From NCBI GenBank assembly GCA_050084985.1, contig JBITNC010000002.1, positions 16,678,001-16,742,000 of the forward strand: a stretch of 64,000 nt of DNA, written 5' to 3'. Of this stretch, positions 12,490 through 25,713 are shown in pieces; the stretch's first letter is position 1, and every line of letters begins with the position of its first letter. The DNA is from Nageia nagi (lineage: Eukaryota; Plantae; Pinophyta). The position numbers were made by a program, and so were the translations under genes. The notes beneath the pieces are model-generated. The model worked only from the letters and a program-made list of their open reading frames with translations, was not told the DNA's origin and searched no databases.

Positions 12490-15114
12490 TCATTAGGCCT
12501 AAATATTTCATTTAAAATTCCCTCATCATTTCAACGTTAAATTGATCATTCAACATTGGATTACCCCCCAAATAAATTAAACCATCCATATATAAACATA
12601 CTAGCAATATAGATATCATTACCTTCCTTCTTATAGAAGAGAGTGGGTTCACTCCTGTACCTCTCACTCTTGCACCTCATAAAGTCAAAGTTTTGGAAGT
12701 AATTATCTATCCTACTATACCAAGCTCTTGGAGTTTGCTTGCAGTCATACATGGCCTTCTTCATCTTTTACACTTGATGTTCCTTGCCTTGCACTTTAAA
12801 ATCTTGGGGTTTTTGTACATACATTTCTTCATCTAAATAACCAGTAATGAATGCACTCTTACATCATATGGTGTACAATCCAATGGTTTTAGGCTTCTAA
12901 TGAAAGAACAATCTTACCTTATACCTTTCCACACTCCCATCATTGTTATATTTTATTTCATAAAACCATTTAGAGCATACACATCTCTTCCCTTTGGGCA
13001 TTTCATAAAGCTCCCAAGTATCATTTTTGATGATGGAGTTTATTTCTTCTTGCATGACCTTTAACCATACATCCTTGGTATAAGCTTTCTCATAGTAAGA
13101 TGGTTGAAAATCTAAAATTGTAATATTTTGGGCTGCACACAATACAAAATTACCTTTATCTCTTTTGGACTCACAATCACTAGTATCACCATGCATATGA
13201 ATGTATTCAACCCTTTTGACAATTTGGTCATTTCATGATGTTGACTCCTTGTAAACCTTTTATTAAAATTCTAATTTAAAACCTGATATGGAGGATGGTT
13301 CTTGAAGTCTTTTTTTACCTCTTTTTATCTTCATAAAATCACTAATAACATGAGGATAATTATCACTTAAAGAGGGGAAGGAGCTACTTGGCTTGGGGCT
13401 ATAGGAGGGACTTGTTGGAGGTTGAACTTGAATGTTGGACTGCACATTACTCCTCAAAACTAAAGTGCTTCCTTAACTGGGTTAAACACTAGTTTTTCAT
13501 GGTTGGATTGCACATTTCTCTTTACACTTGGGCTCATAACTAAAGGAACTAACACTAACAAGATAATTCCTAATCAACCAAGATCACATTAAAGCTCACA
13601 ATTACATCTAACAAACTCACAAAGCAATCTCACAACACAAGATGTAAGTGGTTCCTCCAACTAGGAGTACATCCACTAACTAGATCTTTACTTCAATCAC
13701 AAACACAACTCTCTTACAATCCTCCTAATATTTTCTCTTAACCACTATCCTGTAGCATAACTTTACTCCACAATTGGTGTATGTTCACAAAGAGGGAGCC
13801 TTCTATTTATAGGCCAAAATCGCTCTTCGAATCACCCTTTTATCCAATGTAAAAAAGCATGACATGCACATCCTTTTACCCAAGGGGCATGCTCATGACA
13901 TGGAATGTAGGACAAGTTACATTATCATATTCATTTAAATACTTAAGGTATCAAATGATACCCTTAAGTATTAGTGAACTTATATAATATATTTAATACA
14001 AACCTTTACAAACATGCATAAAACATTCCAACAATAACTTGGCTGGACTACTCACAACCATCATCCAAAAATAATTTTTACTGACCATATATACTCCCCT
14101 CTTCAAATATTACATCTCTAGAAAAAAAAAACCTCTTTATTTTTGGATTATACAGCCTATTTGCTTTTCTCTCCTCACTATATCGAACAAAAAATGTAAG
14201 GCTCAGTCTTGGCATCTATTTACCTCTTTGTACAAGAAGGAATGAAGTGGAAATAGGAGCACTTGAGTTAATTATCATTAGGGAGAGGAATATGGGATGA
14301 ATTTTAGTCATTTAAAATGGAGGCATATGTTATTGACCATCCCGAAATGATACGGGTCCTTGCACTAATACCCTAACTCTTTTATGCCCAATTGTTAGTT
14401 GGTTCCTTATGGGTTGGATAGACCACAAGCCTAGATGTTTCTCTCCTCCATTACCAGTAGCATTGGATAGTCATTACACTACTCCTACCATTGCATATAC
14501 AAGATAAGAGTAATTATATGCCCTTATCATCTATTCTTATACACATCAACAACTTGAGCTTCTTGGTTGGGGAGAAAATTAGTCAATAAAATAGACCTCT
14601 CACCAAGGTGTGGTGAATGGTATCTTATGTTGATCTTCTTTATTGATTTTGACATGATTATATATTGAGAAACCATCCATGAAGGATAACAACTCATTTG
14701 CTATTTTTAAATCCATAATTATTTTGATGTATTGCAAAGGAAAATTATCCTTTGGGAAAGCCTTGTTTAAGTCTATGAAATCTACTCATTCCATGCTTCA
14801 TAATAAGTCATACTTTCCACAATACTAGTCGGACTCCTATTTAAAATATAAACAATTATTTTAATTGCATCTACCCAATACATATTATGCAACATTTTGG
14901 TTTACAACCTACACCTTACCATTTTAACAAGTTTTATATTCCTCCTATCAATTACTCTATTTTGTTATGGAGTATATGCAATCATGAGTTGTCTCTTAAT
15001 GCCAAATTCCTTACAAAACTAAAAAAAAATTCATTTGAACAATACTCTCCACCCTATCACTTCTTAAGCATTTTATCTTCTTACCATTTTGATTTTATAA
15101 AAGCTATTTTAATT
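12490..15114 (-). pseudogene. Copia pol: integrase C-terminal part and RT N-terminal part
   Basis: GKKIKCLRSDR (~15050-15085), WLKVMQEEINSIIKNDTWEL...KWFYEIKYNNDGSVERYKVRL (ORF 12897-13196) and KKAMYDCKQTPRAWYSRIDNYF (ORF 12561-12764). Confidence 0.9.
13500..14033 (-). mobile_element. Probable solo LTR inserted between Copia INT and RT
   Basis: Ends GGTTGGATTGC...ACATTCCAACA are an imperfect inverted pair. TATA (CTATTTATAG) near 13803 and a GGATGTA...GAACCAC LTR-type motif on the minus strand. No clear TSD. Confidence 0.5.
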
Positions 15115-16107
15115 TGTAAGCACCTAAAAAATACATTTTTATGTTGTTTACAATGTCATGTTGTGTCTTATGGTCACCCATCATCATCTCTGTTCATTTT
15201 AGTCATTTTGAGCATTTTTGTCAAAATCATCCCTTATTAGGATAATTGCAAAATCATCATATTTTTCAAAATAGATAAGCTTGAATCTATTTTCCCTCCT
15301 TCATAATTTCAGGCCCCATACACCTAAATAGAAGTGGTGCACCAAAATGTATGAACGTGACTAGGTCAAGCCCAGTCAGCACTTTGTTTGCCACCTTGGG
15401 ATCTTTTTCAACCAATTTGGATCTCCCTCCATGTCAATAATCATTCTTAGCTAGCCAATTCATTTCGGTCAACATTCTTCCAAGCATTCTCTCTAGTCTG
15501 GTCTAAACATTCTCCAAGCATGCAAGCCAATGTTGAACTCTCTCCAAGCATGCAGCTTTGAACACTCAACCACATCCAAGTCTTTAGCCATCCAAACATA
15601 GTATAGCCAAATCTAACATAATTTAGCATAAGCAGGTTCTTAAATCTTTGTTTGTAGGTTGAATAATTATTTGTATATCTTCTTGGAGCAACCATTGGAA
15701 GAGCACATTAGATGAGCAGATCATTGTATCCTTGTACATATTATTTCTTGTATTTTGTGTGGCATGTAGTATTCGCTAGGTTAGATCATACTAGCTTAGT
15801 TTCCTTATCATTTCATTATAGTCTTAATCTTACATAATCATATCATTTTACATCTTAGGAATATCAATCTTTTCTATCACCCATTTGATTATGGGATAAA
15901 GATCTACTCTCATTCAATAAAATTTCATATCTCTCTTCAATGCACTTTGGGGTCTTAAGGGACCAAAGTGCTCAAATCCCCCTAACAAATATTTTCTCGC
16001 AGGTTAAAACCATCATCCATCCATCAAACATGTCCAATGCAAGCAATGTTTTAGACATTGCAAAGTAATCATCTTGGAAGATCCTATGTGGTTTTTATAT
16101 GCTTACA
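15115..16107 (+). repeat. Gypsy 5' LTR
   Basis: Aligns with 28529-29544; TG...CA ends with an 8-bp inverted terminus. Confidence 0.92.
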
Positions 16108-18344
16108 AAATGGTAATCACGATGGGACTCCTTGAGTCTTGAAACTCCAATCATCATAGAATATTTCTTAAATAATTAAAATTTATTTTTGGATGTTTTT
16201 ATCATTGGATATCTCCTATTTTAGCATAATTTTATCACTAAATTTTTTCAAAACCTATAGGATAACCTCCTAGATGTGAACAAAGCTAGATCTAAAACCT
16301 CAAAGTTCAAGTTTCATAACAAATCAAATCATTCCACTGTTGAAAAATTCTAACTACAAATTATTTCTTAATCTGATAGTTTTGTCCCAATCATCACACA
16401 GATGGATCGTTCACTTACAAGCATGTTGAGAATTATCTTCATCGAATTGTTACACATACAAATGGTTAGATAGACCATCCCAATAGATCATCACATAGAG
16501 GAATGGTTTCACCTTTTACTCCATCTACTTTAGTTTTCACCAGATCATTACATAGAAGGATGATTAGGTAAACCATTCAAATGATCCATCATAGTTGTTA
16601 GATAGAAGGATGATTTTATCGTAGATGTGTTTATGTGCTTTATCTTTTGTATTTCCACATTCACATCAAGCCTATAATTCAAGCAGTAGTCCATTATCAT
16701 CATTTCTATAAAATTTGAAGTGTCTTTTGTACAAGACATGTTTGTACATAGTCTTAATCATTTTTTTCAAGCATTTTAATTTTTCACTTTGAGTGCATTA
16801 TGGTCATTCAATTGACTACTAATAATTCGAACAACTAGCACTATTTTTCACAGTCGTTCCTTTATCAGATGATTTTGTGACAAAGCCTTGTAACCATCAT
16901 TTTGATCATCAAACTTAAAGTTGGAAGGAAAATTCATGGACAGGTCAGTATTTGGGTTTCTTTCAACACCTTGTCAATACAGTTTGATTATTTTTTGCAT
17001 CTAGGATTGCCACTTATTCTTAGTGAAAATTTGCATAGCATACTAGGGGGAGTGTTGCATTTCACATCAAAATCTTATTTGGTGCCTAAAATTAACATTA
17101 TTTAAAGGGTTTTTCCTTCAATGTTGGGGCTTCTTTGTTGTTTGTTGTGTGCATCTAAAGAATCGCTATCTTTGCATTATCATTCATTTGAAAAGAAAAA
17201 GAAAAACAAATTATTGCTTTAGCATCCTTGGGGTGGAAGTGTCTTGCATTACATCATTAAAAAATTCAAAAAAAAAAACTTTTTTGTTGCTTTTTGATTT
17301 TACAACCATAGAAATAAAAATCATTGAAAATGGAGCTAAAATGAAAAAGTTATGATGGTTTTAATTTTACTCTATTTTAGAGCAAATTTTTAGCCAAAAT
17401 AGCACTAAAATTTTCATAAAATATTCCACATAGCTCTAAAAATTCTAAATTTTGTTTTTTGTCTTAATTAGATCATCCCTCACCTCCTTGTAAATTTTTA
17501 CATCCTCATTCCTCAGTATTCATATAGCTTTTCAAAATAACCATCGAAATTTATTTTCCTCATTCACCATGTTTTAGCCATAAATCACAAATTACTATTT
17601 TGGTGCCCCAAAAATAACTTTTTTGTGACCTAGTCCATTTTGATCGACTCGTCACACTGATTGTTTTGATATATAATACCCACGATCTTTTTTTGAGTCA
17701 AAAATTAAAAAATAAAAATAAAATATTAAAAAAAAACATTTGGGAGGTGTAATTGCATTGCATCATCATCCTAGGATTGCATTTCATATTTGCTTTCTCA
17801 TATCTAAAGTCCTCACAAGCCTAGGTAATGACTAGGGTATGTGGATTTCATCACCATGACCTAACCCATACTTGGATTTCATCACCAAAGTGGGAGCCCC
17901 CCTCTATTGATGAGTAGTCGATAGAGGTACTTGAGACACACTTGTAAAACAATTCACACCCCTAGAGATTGAGCCTTTCCTAAAAACACTTGAATAGAAT
18001 CACCTCTAGGAAAACTAACAATAGTTGAGAATTTACAATTGCATTAAAATTTATCTCACTAAAAAGATAAAAACTAAATTGAACAAGAAGCAATTAAATA
18101 AGATAATCACCATTGCTTCTTATCATTTAGGTTTGTCTTTGATGTGATCATATAAGATGTTTGTGCACTAGTCTTGCATAATCATAATCATAAATCCAAA
18201 AAAGAAAAAATATAAAAATATAAAAAAAATCAAATCAAAATCAAAAATCATTATAAGCTTGGTGTTTATTGTTTGGTACCTTTGGGATACTTTGATTTAG
18301 CAACCATGTTGTTTGTTCCGTGGTATCTTCATAGAGAACCTTTC

Positions 18345-20340
18345 ATGAACTTAATGAACACCCCTAAGTCTAATCAATCAAAATAACAAGAGCACAATCA
18401 AACACTAAGTCTAGATCATGAGTCACCCTGTCAACCTAGTCATCCTAGTCCAATCAATTATCCTTCTTCTTATGTTTCTTCCCCTTCTCTTGTATCTATT
18501 CCTTATCATTCAAGTACTTCATGTCATTATATTCCTTATCTCCTAGTCCTTCTTATCATTTTATCCCTTCTTGTCAATCTAGTCCTTCATATCATTCTAG
18601 TCATTCTTGTCATCCTTATTCTTCTTGTTGTCATTATTGTCATTCTTCATCTAGTCAACCCACTATGCCTTTTGAGTAACAATTGGCTAGTGAAATTAAT
18701 TCAAGTTATGTCTTGCAAGATCTTCCTCATTTAATCAAGAATCAATTTCTTGATGATCCTATTGTTCAATAAGGTTTGGCTAACCTTTTTGAACTATTCA
18801 TGGTCCAAAATCAAAATAGTCAAACCATCCTTTCTCCATCTTCTTCTCCTTGACATGTCATTCATTATCATGAGTCTTCATGTCATAGTTATCCTCCTTG
18901 TTGTGTTAGCATTTCATCATTTGTTGCATCAAGTCAAAATAATTCAATTCCTTAATTCCAACTGACTAGGTCTCGTAGTCTGTCTATGTCTCATGTCATG
19001 CAATTTGAGTCCTTAGTCACCCCTCATGACTTAGGGCTTGATAATTGGCTCCCTTCTTTAAGGGATACACAACCAAGTCCAAGTCAAATCTGAGGCAACT
19101 TTCAACAAGTGGCCTCCCAACCTTATTAAAGTAGGAGTGCTTCTCCTTTTTTTATGCATCAACCATCATCATCAAGTCAAGGATACACAAGTTGAATGGC
19201 CCAACAACAAAGATAATTTGTTCCCAAACTAGCATGGAATCAACCATTGGGATAAAACAAACAACAAGCTTATCAAGAAGAAAAACCTCAACATCAAATT
19301 CATCGAGTTGATAATGCTATTTCATGTGATGAGGTCTTAAAGAAATTGGATAATATGGAATAAATGCTCAATGATCGAAGCAAGTCAAAACTATCATATA
19401 AATCAATTTGTCATGAAATAATCCATCCATTAATCCCTATCAAGATCTATCCTTACAATTTCAAAGAACCAAAAATAGACAAATTTACAAGGAAAGAGGA
19501 TCCTTGAGAACATCTCATGCGATTCAAATATTCTTATTATGATTTTTCACATGGTGATGTTCTCATGTTAAGAATTTTCCCTATGACGTTGGGAGGTCAA
19601 GCATTAGATTGGTACAACTTACCACAACATAGCATCTTCTCCTTCAAACAATTGGTCGATCAATTCTTAAACTACTTTGCTATCAACATAAGGACAAAAT
19701 CATAAATCATAGACTTGATAAACATATCTCAACATGACAACAAGTCGATCAATAATTATACGGCTAGATGGAGAACAATTGAGATGGACTTACCATATTC
19801 CTTGCCACATGATGAACTTATCAAAATCTTTAGCAAGAGTTACAACCAACAAATATCCTCGATCTTGAAAATACAACAACACAAATCTTTCAAGGATGTT
19901 TTATCATAAGAAAAGTATATTGAAGAGGTCAAGATCAAATCGGGTGAAATCAATTACGTGACAATAATCATAATCAAAATCAACAACATAATGATAACGA
20001 TCAAACAAATCATGAGTAATTAGCAAGTCAACTATCATATGAAGTCTATCAATCAACAATAACTCATCAACCTATCTTATGATCAAACAAACAAAAGCCA
20101 AGAAGACATTTCACTCCTTTTGGGGACTCTTTATGGATATCTTATTGATGTTATTATGATCAAATCTTTTGATGTTACCCCTAATCAAGAAAATTTTAGA
20201 AGCATCATCAAGATCTTGGTATAAAGTAATACGTTTTACAACTATAATAGGTAATGTGGACATGACACCAATCGATGCATGCAATTAAAGCATGAGATTC
20301 AAGATATTATTGAAAATAGGATAGTATCAACATAATCTAA
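18345..20340 (+). pseudogene. Gypsy gag (capsid and zinc knuckle), decayed
   Basis: PKIDKFTRKEDP*EHLMRFKYS...LMLRIFPMTLGGQALDWYNLPQHSIFSFKQLVDQF (ORFs 19517-19705, 19715-19909). Knuckle FYNYNR*CGHDTNRCMQLKHEIQDIIE at ~20234-20315. The N-terminus is low-complexity and S/H/P-rich, and the start is approximate. Confidence 0.85.
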
Positions 20341-21681
20341 TTGCATCATCTAATCAATAGTCGAAGATAATCAACAAATCACATGCCTAATCATAATCAA
20401 AATACAAGCATCATGAGCAGGTTTATCATCACCTTTATGGATGAGCCATTGAACATGTATCTATCCTTGATAGCCATCGTCATTTATCTTTGGTCAAGTT
20501 AAACATGTCTATCCATCTATCATTTATTATTATCATTATTATTATCATTTATGCAAGCATCGTATGCATACGTATGCTTGGCAGGTCTGCAAACCTATGA
20601 TCATTCCCCTCATTTGTTGGGGCAAAGTAGAAGTCAGTTATCATTATCATCTATCATTTTTGGCATAAAATTCATATGCCTGTATGCTACATATATGCTT
20701 GGAGTGAGACTATGATCACAACATCCTCTTAGCATAGTTCTTTTGTGTGTCATGCATCCTCAATACACCATCACCTTATCATGTTTTTCTTTTCTTCATC
20801 ATCTTATCATATCTTTCCCTTCTCTATTATGTGCATCAAATTTTGTTCCATTCTTCTTTTATCTCCTCATCATATGTTAGTTCTTGTATCATTGTGTTGA
20901 TCCTATCCTTCGAAATCATCTTGCACTTATCATTTTGTTGCTCTGCTCTTAGTCCTCATTAGAGTTAGGGTTGTTGGATATTATCTTCAGTCTATAATGA
21001 AGCAAGAATAGTCCTAGACATGTGTGGAAGTTAGCCCTGCACTAGTCAAACTTGCAACCATAATCTGCAACCATAGACTGCCTTAGTCACACTGAGTCAA
21101 ACCTAATCAATTCAAGTCAACCAAACCAAATCAAAATAGTTCAATCGAGTCAAGTCATAGCCTTTTGTTCATGTGTCATATTTTATTCTCTTTATTCATC
21201 ATGATTATGGTGTTGAGTTACTTTATCTTCTATTTATTATTCATTTTGTCAAAAGCTTGAATGATCCTCGATGATAGCCTCATGCTATCTCGACAAGAAA
21301 GCACATGACCTATGATCAGGAATAATTCAAGCTATGCTTTGTGAGACATGTTTCCCATATAAGAGTTGCACATTTTTGCATAACACACATCATGTGGGAT
21401 CTTTTTAGCAAGCGATTATCAATCATGACTTTTCATTTTTCTTTTTATGTAAACCTTTCCGTATCATTTGAATGATTTGTCATATGTTTGAATGATTTTT
21501 TAGTTAGGTTCATTCGAATGATTTTTTAGTTATTTAAATGATTTTCTCAATCTATTTCACCCCTTGTAAATATTTAGTTATGATCTTTGTTCCCTATTCT
21601 ATTCAGTTAAATGATCAGGCATCTTGCTTTGTCATCCATCATATCAATCTACTTAGTCATTTGTTTGCCTCATGTAACCCT

Positions 21682-22373
21682 GTGTGACATGTATCCTCAT
21701 CACATTATCAACCTATCATGTTCATCTTTGTTTTGTCCCTTCATGTGATGTGTGTTCTCATCACACTATCATCCTATCATGTTCATCTTTATCTTGTTCT
21801 CTTATGTGATGTGTGTCCTCATCACACCATCCCCCTGCTAAGTCATTCCTTTGTTTATCCTTGTCACTATCCTCTTGTGTGACATGTTTCCTCATCACAC
21901 TATCAACTGATCATGTCATATACCCTATATTGTTCTTCTATGTGACATGTATCCTTTTCGCCCTATCATGTTGTCCACTTCAACATTATTCCCTCATGTG
22001 ATGTGTGTCCTCATCACACTACCAAATCAAATAAACTCTAGTTAGAGCAACATAGTCAAGTTTTCTTGTGTGACGTGTGTCCTCATCACATCATAAACTA
22101 ATCCCTTTATCTTGTCATCGTGTCATGTGCATCCTCATCACATTGCCATGTCATTTTGTATCCCCCTTTATCTCATCTTTTTGTGTGATACATATCCTCA
22201 TCACACTATTAGCCTAGCCTTATCCTCCATGTGACATGCATCCTCATCACACCATTATCCCATAAAATCAACTTAGTCTATTTTCCTTCATGTGATGTGC
22301 ATCCTCATCATATTATCATCCTATTAGGTCTACCAAGTATAATCCTCTTGTGTGGTATGTGTCCTCGTCACAC
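21682..22373 (+). repeat. Array of 12 palindromic 24-nt repeats (consensus RTGTGAYRTGYRTCCTCRTCACAY) with 22-49 nt variable spacers
   Basis: Repeat starts at 21682, 21743, 21804, 21877, 21940, 21996, 22068, 22120, 22183, 22229, 22290 and 22350, with an outlier at 20745. The arms GTGTGAYR/CRTCACAC are inverted complements. Confidence 0.9.
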
Positions 22374-22420
22374 CTTCCTGCTTTTGTTCAACTTTATCAT
22401 TTTTAATGTAAATATCGTAT

Positions 22421-22810
22421 GTATACAAGCGTTGGTTATATGCTTGGTAGGTCTATGTACCTACAGTCATGTACCCTTCATCTATTGGGGAAAAGAAAAG
22501 ATCATTTATCACTATCATTTTGTACAAGCATTGATCATATGCTTGGTAGGTCTGTGTGCCTACAATCGTCTTTCCCTTCATTTGTTGGGACAAAGAAAAG
22601 ATCATTTATCATTATCATTTTGTATGAGCATTAGTCATATGCTTGATAGGTTTACGTGCTTACAATCATCTTTCCCTTCATCTTCTGGGACAAAGCAGAG
22701 ATCATTTATCATTATCATTTTGAATGAGCATTGGTCATACGCTTGGTAGGTCTACATGCCTACAATCATCTTTCCCTTCATCTGTTGGGGCAAAGCAAAA
22801 GTCATTTTCA
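22421..22810 (+). repeat. Four tandem 100-bp units, plus a related copy at ~20551-20650
   Basis: Units start at ~22421, 22521, 22621 and 22721 (...GCTTGGTAGGTCT...CCTACAATCATCTTTCCCTTCATCTGTTGGGGCAAAG...ATCATTTATCATTATCATTTT). Confidence 0.9.
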
Positions 22811-23129
22811 TTTGTCAATTTGATCGTTTATCATTTTAACATTTGTCATTGTTGTCTTTGGTCATTTTTATTATTTATTATTTATCATTTTTCATTATTT
22901 TCATTTGTTAATTTTATCATTTGTCGTGTTTATCATTTATCATTTATCTTCATCATGTCATTAAACATTGTACTTTATTTCATTTTATTTAAAAATAAAA
23001 AATATAACAAAAATATATTTTATGCATAACAAAAATATTTCCTTTTTATTCATGTCCTGTGGTTGTACATTAGTATGATGGTGAATATATACATTCATCC
23101 ATCTACGTTGTTACATTCATAGTTCTATG

Positions 23130-25713
23130 TTACAAAACACCTCGTCCAATCTTGTGAATCATCATTATTCTCTGCCAATTTATGTTTGTTGTGCTTACAG
23201 AACTTCCTTTACCTCAGAACTCATGGATTTCCCTGATTGAACTTGAGGTGGTTCAATTTTTTCTATCACTTCTTTCTCTCTCAATACATCTAACATCATC
23301 TTGGGAATGTGAATCCTATGGTGTCAAAGGACATTCTCGTACATGGGTGCCCTTCTCCTCCACTTCTCCCTTTCTCACCTAACCCTATTATAGATGTTTC
23401 AAACCTCTTATCATATCTTCTTTATCAGCTCTTTGGTCTCTTTCTCCTACTTCTCTTTCTCAACTAGCAGCTTGTTCTGTTCTACCATCAATTCATTCCA
23501 AGACTGCCAGTAAATTACCTTACTTCATCAAAGCATGCTCATCAATTTTTCATCATTGTAATATTTTCTTTCATCTTAGCCAATTCCTATCAGAGGTGGG
23601 CATTCTCAATGCCTACCAACATCCCCGTCTCTTCATTGGTACCCATGGAAATATTTTCCATGTTGGCACCCTAATCATTTGTCATCCCTTCAACATGGGT
23701 TTCCTCTTTCTTGGAATCCATGTTTGGTTAGTTTGTTTATCCTTCTCTCCTTGTTATCTTCATCTCATTTAATAAATCATGATAAATAGGAAAGATCGCA
23801 TAGTGTACCCACTATGAGTCCATCTCATCCATCCATTTAGTCACCACATGTTTGCCACTCATCGTATCCTATCGGCTCATAGTGTCACCATGCGTACACC
23901 CCTCATTAAGTTTCACATGCCCAATAATATCACCATGTGTCTATCCATCATTGTGTCCCTTACATTTTCCTATTATTGTTATCATAATTATCCTCATTAC
24001 ATGTCCATCATCTATTCCCTTTAGTCCTTTTCAGCCCATACCATGTCATTATCTTTTTGTCCCTTCTTTTTGACCATTCAAACCATAGCCATTAAAACCT
24101 GCATGTCAATACAAGATTCATATCCCCACAAATCCCTCATCCCAATCACTCATTATTTATGGTCCCTTGTTATCTCAATCATCATCATCTTATCCATTCT
24201 GCATCCCTTGGGTAGCATATAATCCCATGTGACCTCTCTTGTTTATCACAGCTTATTCTCATCTTTCCTTTCTTTCAACATTTTATTCTCATCCTTCATT
24301 CTCTATGGATTTCTCTCATTTTCTTTCCATCTTGAGTGAGCTTCAATATGCCATAGTACACTATATCTATCATGACCTTTTGGTGCAACGCTCCTATTTC
24401 GCCCTTGACTCCCTGTTATGATAGTGACTCACTTTTATTCATAAGCAACCTAAAAATCACCTTGGGATTTGCATTATTCTCTACCTTGAACATGTCAATG
24501 ATGTTTACCTATTCCTATTGCTGCTAAGTCATCCTGATTAGATGTGGCATGTCATAGTGTACACCCTGTTCAATCACTTCCTATTGCAACTAGTGCGTTA
24601 TGTTGGTCTACCGTATTTGCATCCATAAGAATATTTTGAGCTGATCATTGTTACTTGGGTGATGCATATTCATCACCTACAATGGTCATATAGCTACTCA
24701 TTTCATGTGATTCAACATGGTGGAGATCAGATACTTCATCATCGCTCCTTCTTCCTATGTCATTTTTTACCATTATCACATTAGTTACTTCTTTAGCTAA
24801 ATTCATTTGATTCCATCTCATTGAATGATGCCAGCTAATCTAACTCAAACATCTAGTCACCTGACCATGCACCAGATGCACTGTAGTGGCTACCCATTGG
24901 ACTTATTAGTGGTAATCTTTCTTTTTACATTTGTTATGCATCCATGCTTATTGATGGGAATCTTATTTTGCTTTTAATATAAAAATCATCATTTTTTATT
25001 GTATATATATGTTCATGTGATTGCCTTTTATTTTCCTTGATTATTTAGTAAAATAATCAAGCATGTGGTCCTTTCACCTCCTGCATATTTGTCATTCGAT
25101 TTGCTTCATCAAATTTTGCTTACGATCAATTATCCAAATCACTTTGTGTTGTTATATGTTCATATTCTCTTGTGTCATCCCTTGCATCATTTTAGTCTAT
25201 TCAGGAAGCTCTGATAGTTTCTTGAAATCCACTATCATTCCCCCTTTTTTGCTATCTCACTTCATCTCAATCATGAACTAAGTCCTCTTCGATGATCCTG
25301 ATCCTAACCTCCCTCAAGAGGTCTTGCACAATTTCATCCATGGTCACATATTCATCATGTCTACACTTCTCTATAGACCACTCTTCATCAAAATGTCATT
25401 TGCATTTAGATAGATCATGTCCATCATCAATACATAATTTTATTCATTCATCGATTAGACGATGCAAACCATCTGCATCTTATCATGGATATTATCTATC
25501 ATTCAAACTGGACGTGGAAGGTCATCCTATACTATCTATGGGATATGATGGTATTTTACTTATTAGAGTTCATGGGTCCTTTGATGCTTCACCCTTAGGA
25601 GTGCTACCATCCATTCACTATTGTGTACATAGTCTGGTGATATGATCTTCACTAGGATTCCTCTTATAGGACTCAGCTAGTTCAATAAAATAATTAGTGG
25701 GTATTCTACCCAT
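23130..25713 (-). pseudogene. Possible decayed antisense extra ORF of the Gypsy element (charged, coiled-coil-like segments)
   Basis: A minus frame from ATG 25713 reads MGRIPTNYFIELAESYKRNP...EIVQDLLREVRIRIIEEDL with scattered stops. ~23415-23500 reads NELMVEQNKLLVEKEK*EKETKELIKKI. No family recognised. Confidence 0.35.

Noticed and set aside
21682-22373. Bona fide CRISPR array
   Set aside because: Eukaryotic retrotransposon context, no cas genes, spacer lengths vary widely and some spacers are related. Reported as a CRISPR-like repeat only.
21682-22373. Hammerhead ribozyme (retrozyme) or C/D-box RNA suggested by minus-strand TGATGAG/TGACGAG
   Set aside because: The motif is preceded by G rather than C, there is no downstream GAAA core or D box, and it lies inside the stem.
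22231-23029. ORFs of 172, 71 and 101 aa
   Set aside because: Translations of the tandem repeats and ATC/T-rich low-complexity sequence; no protein family signal.
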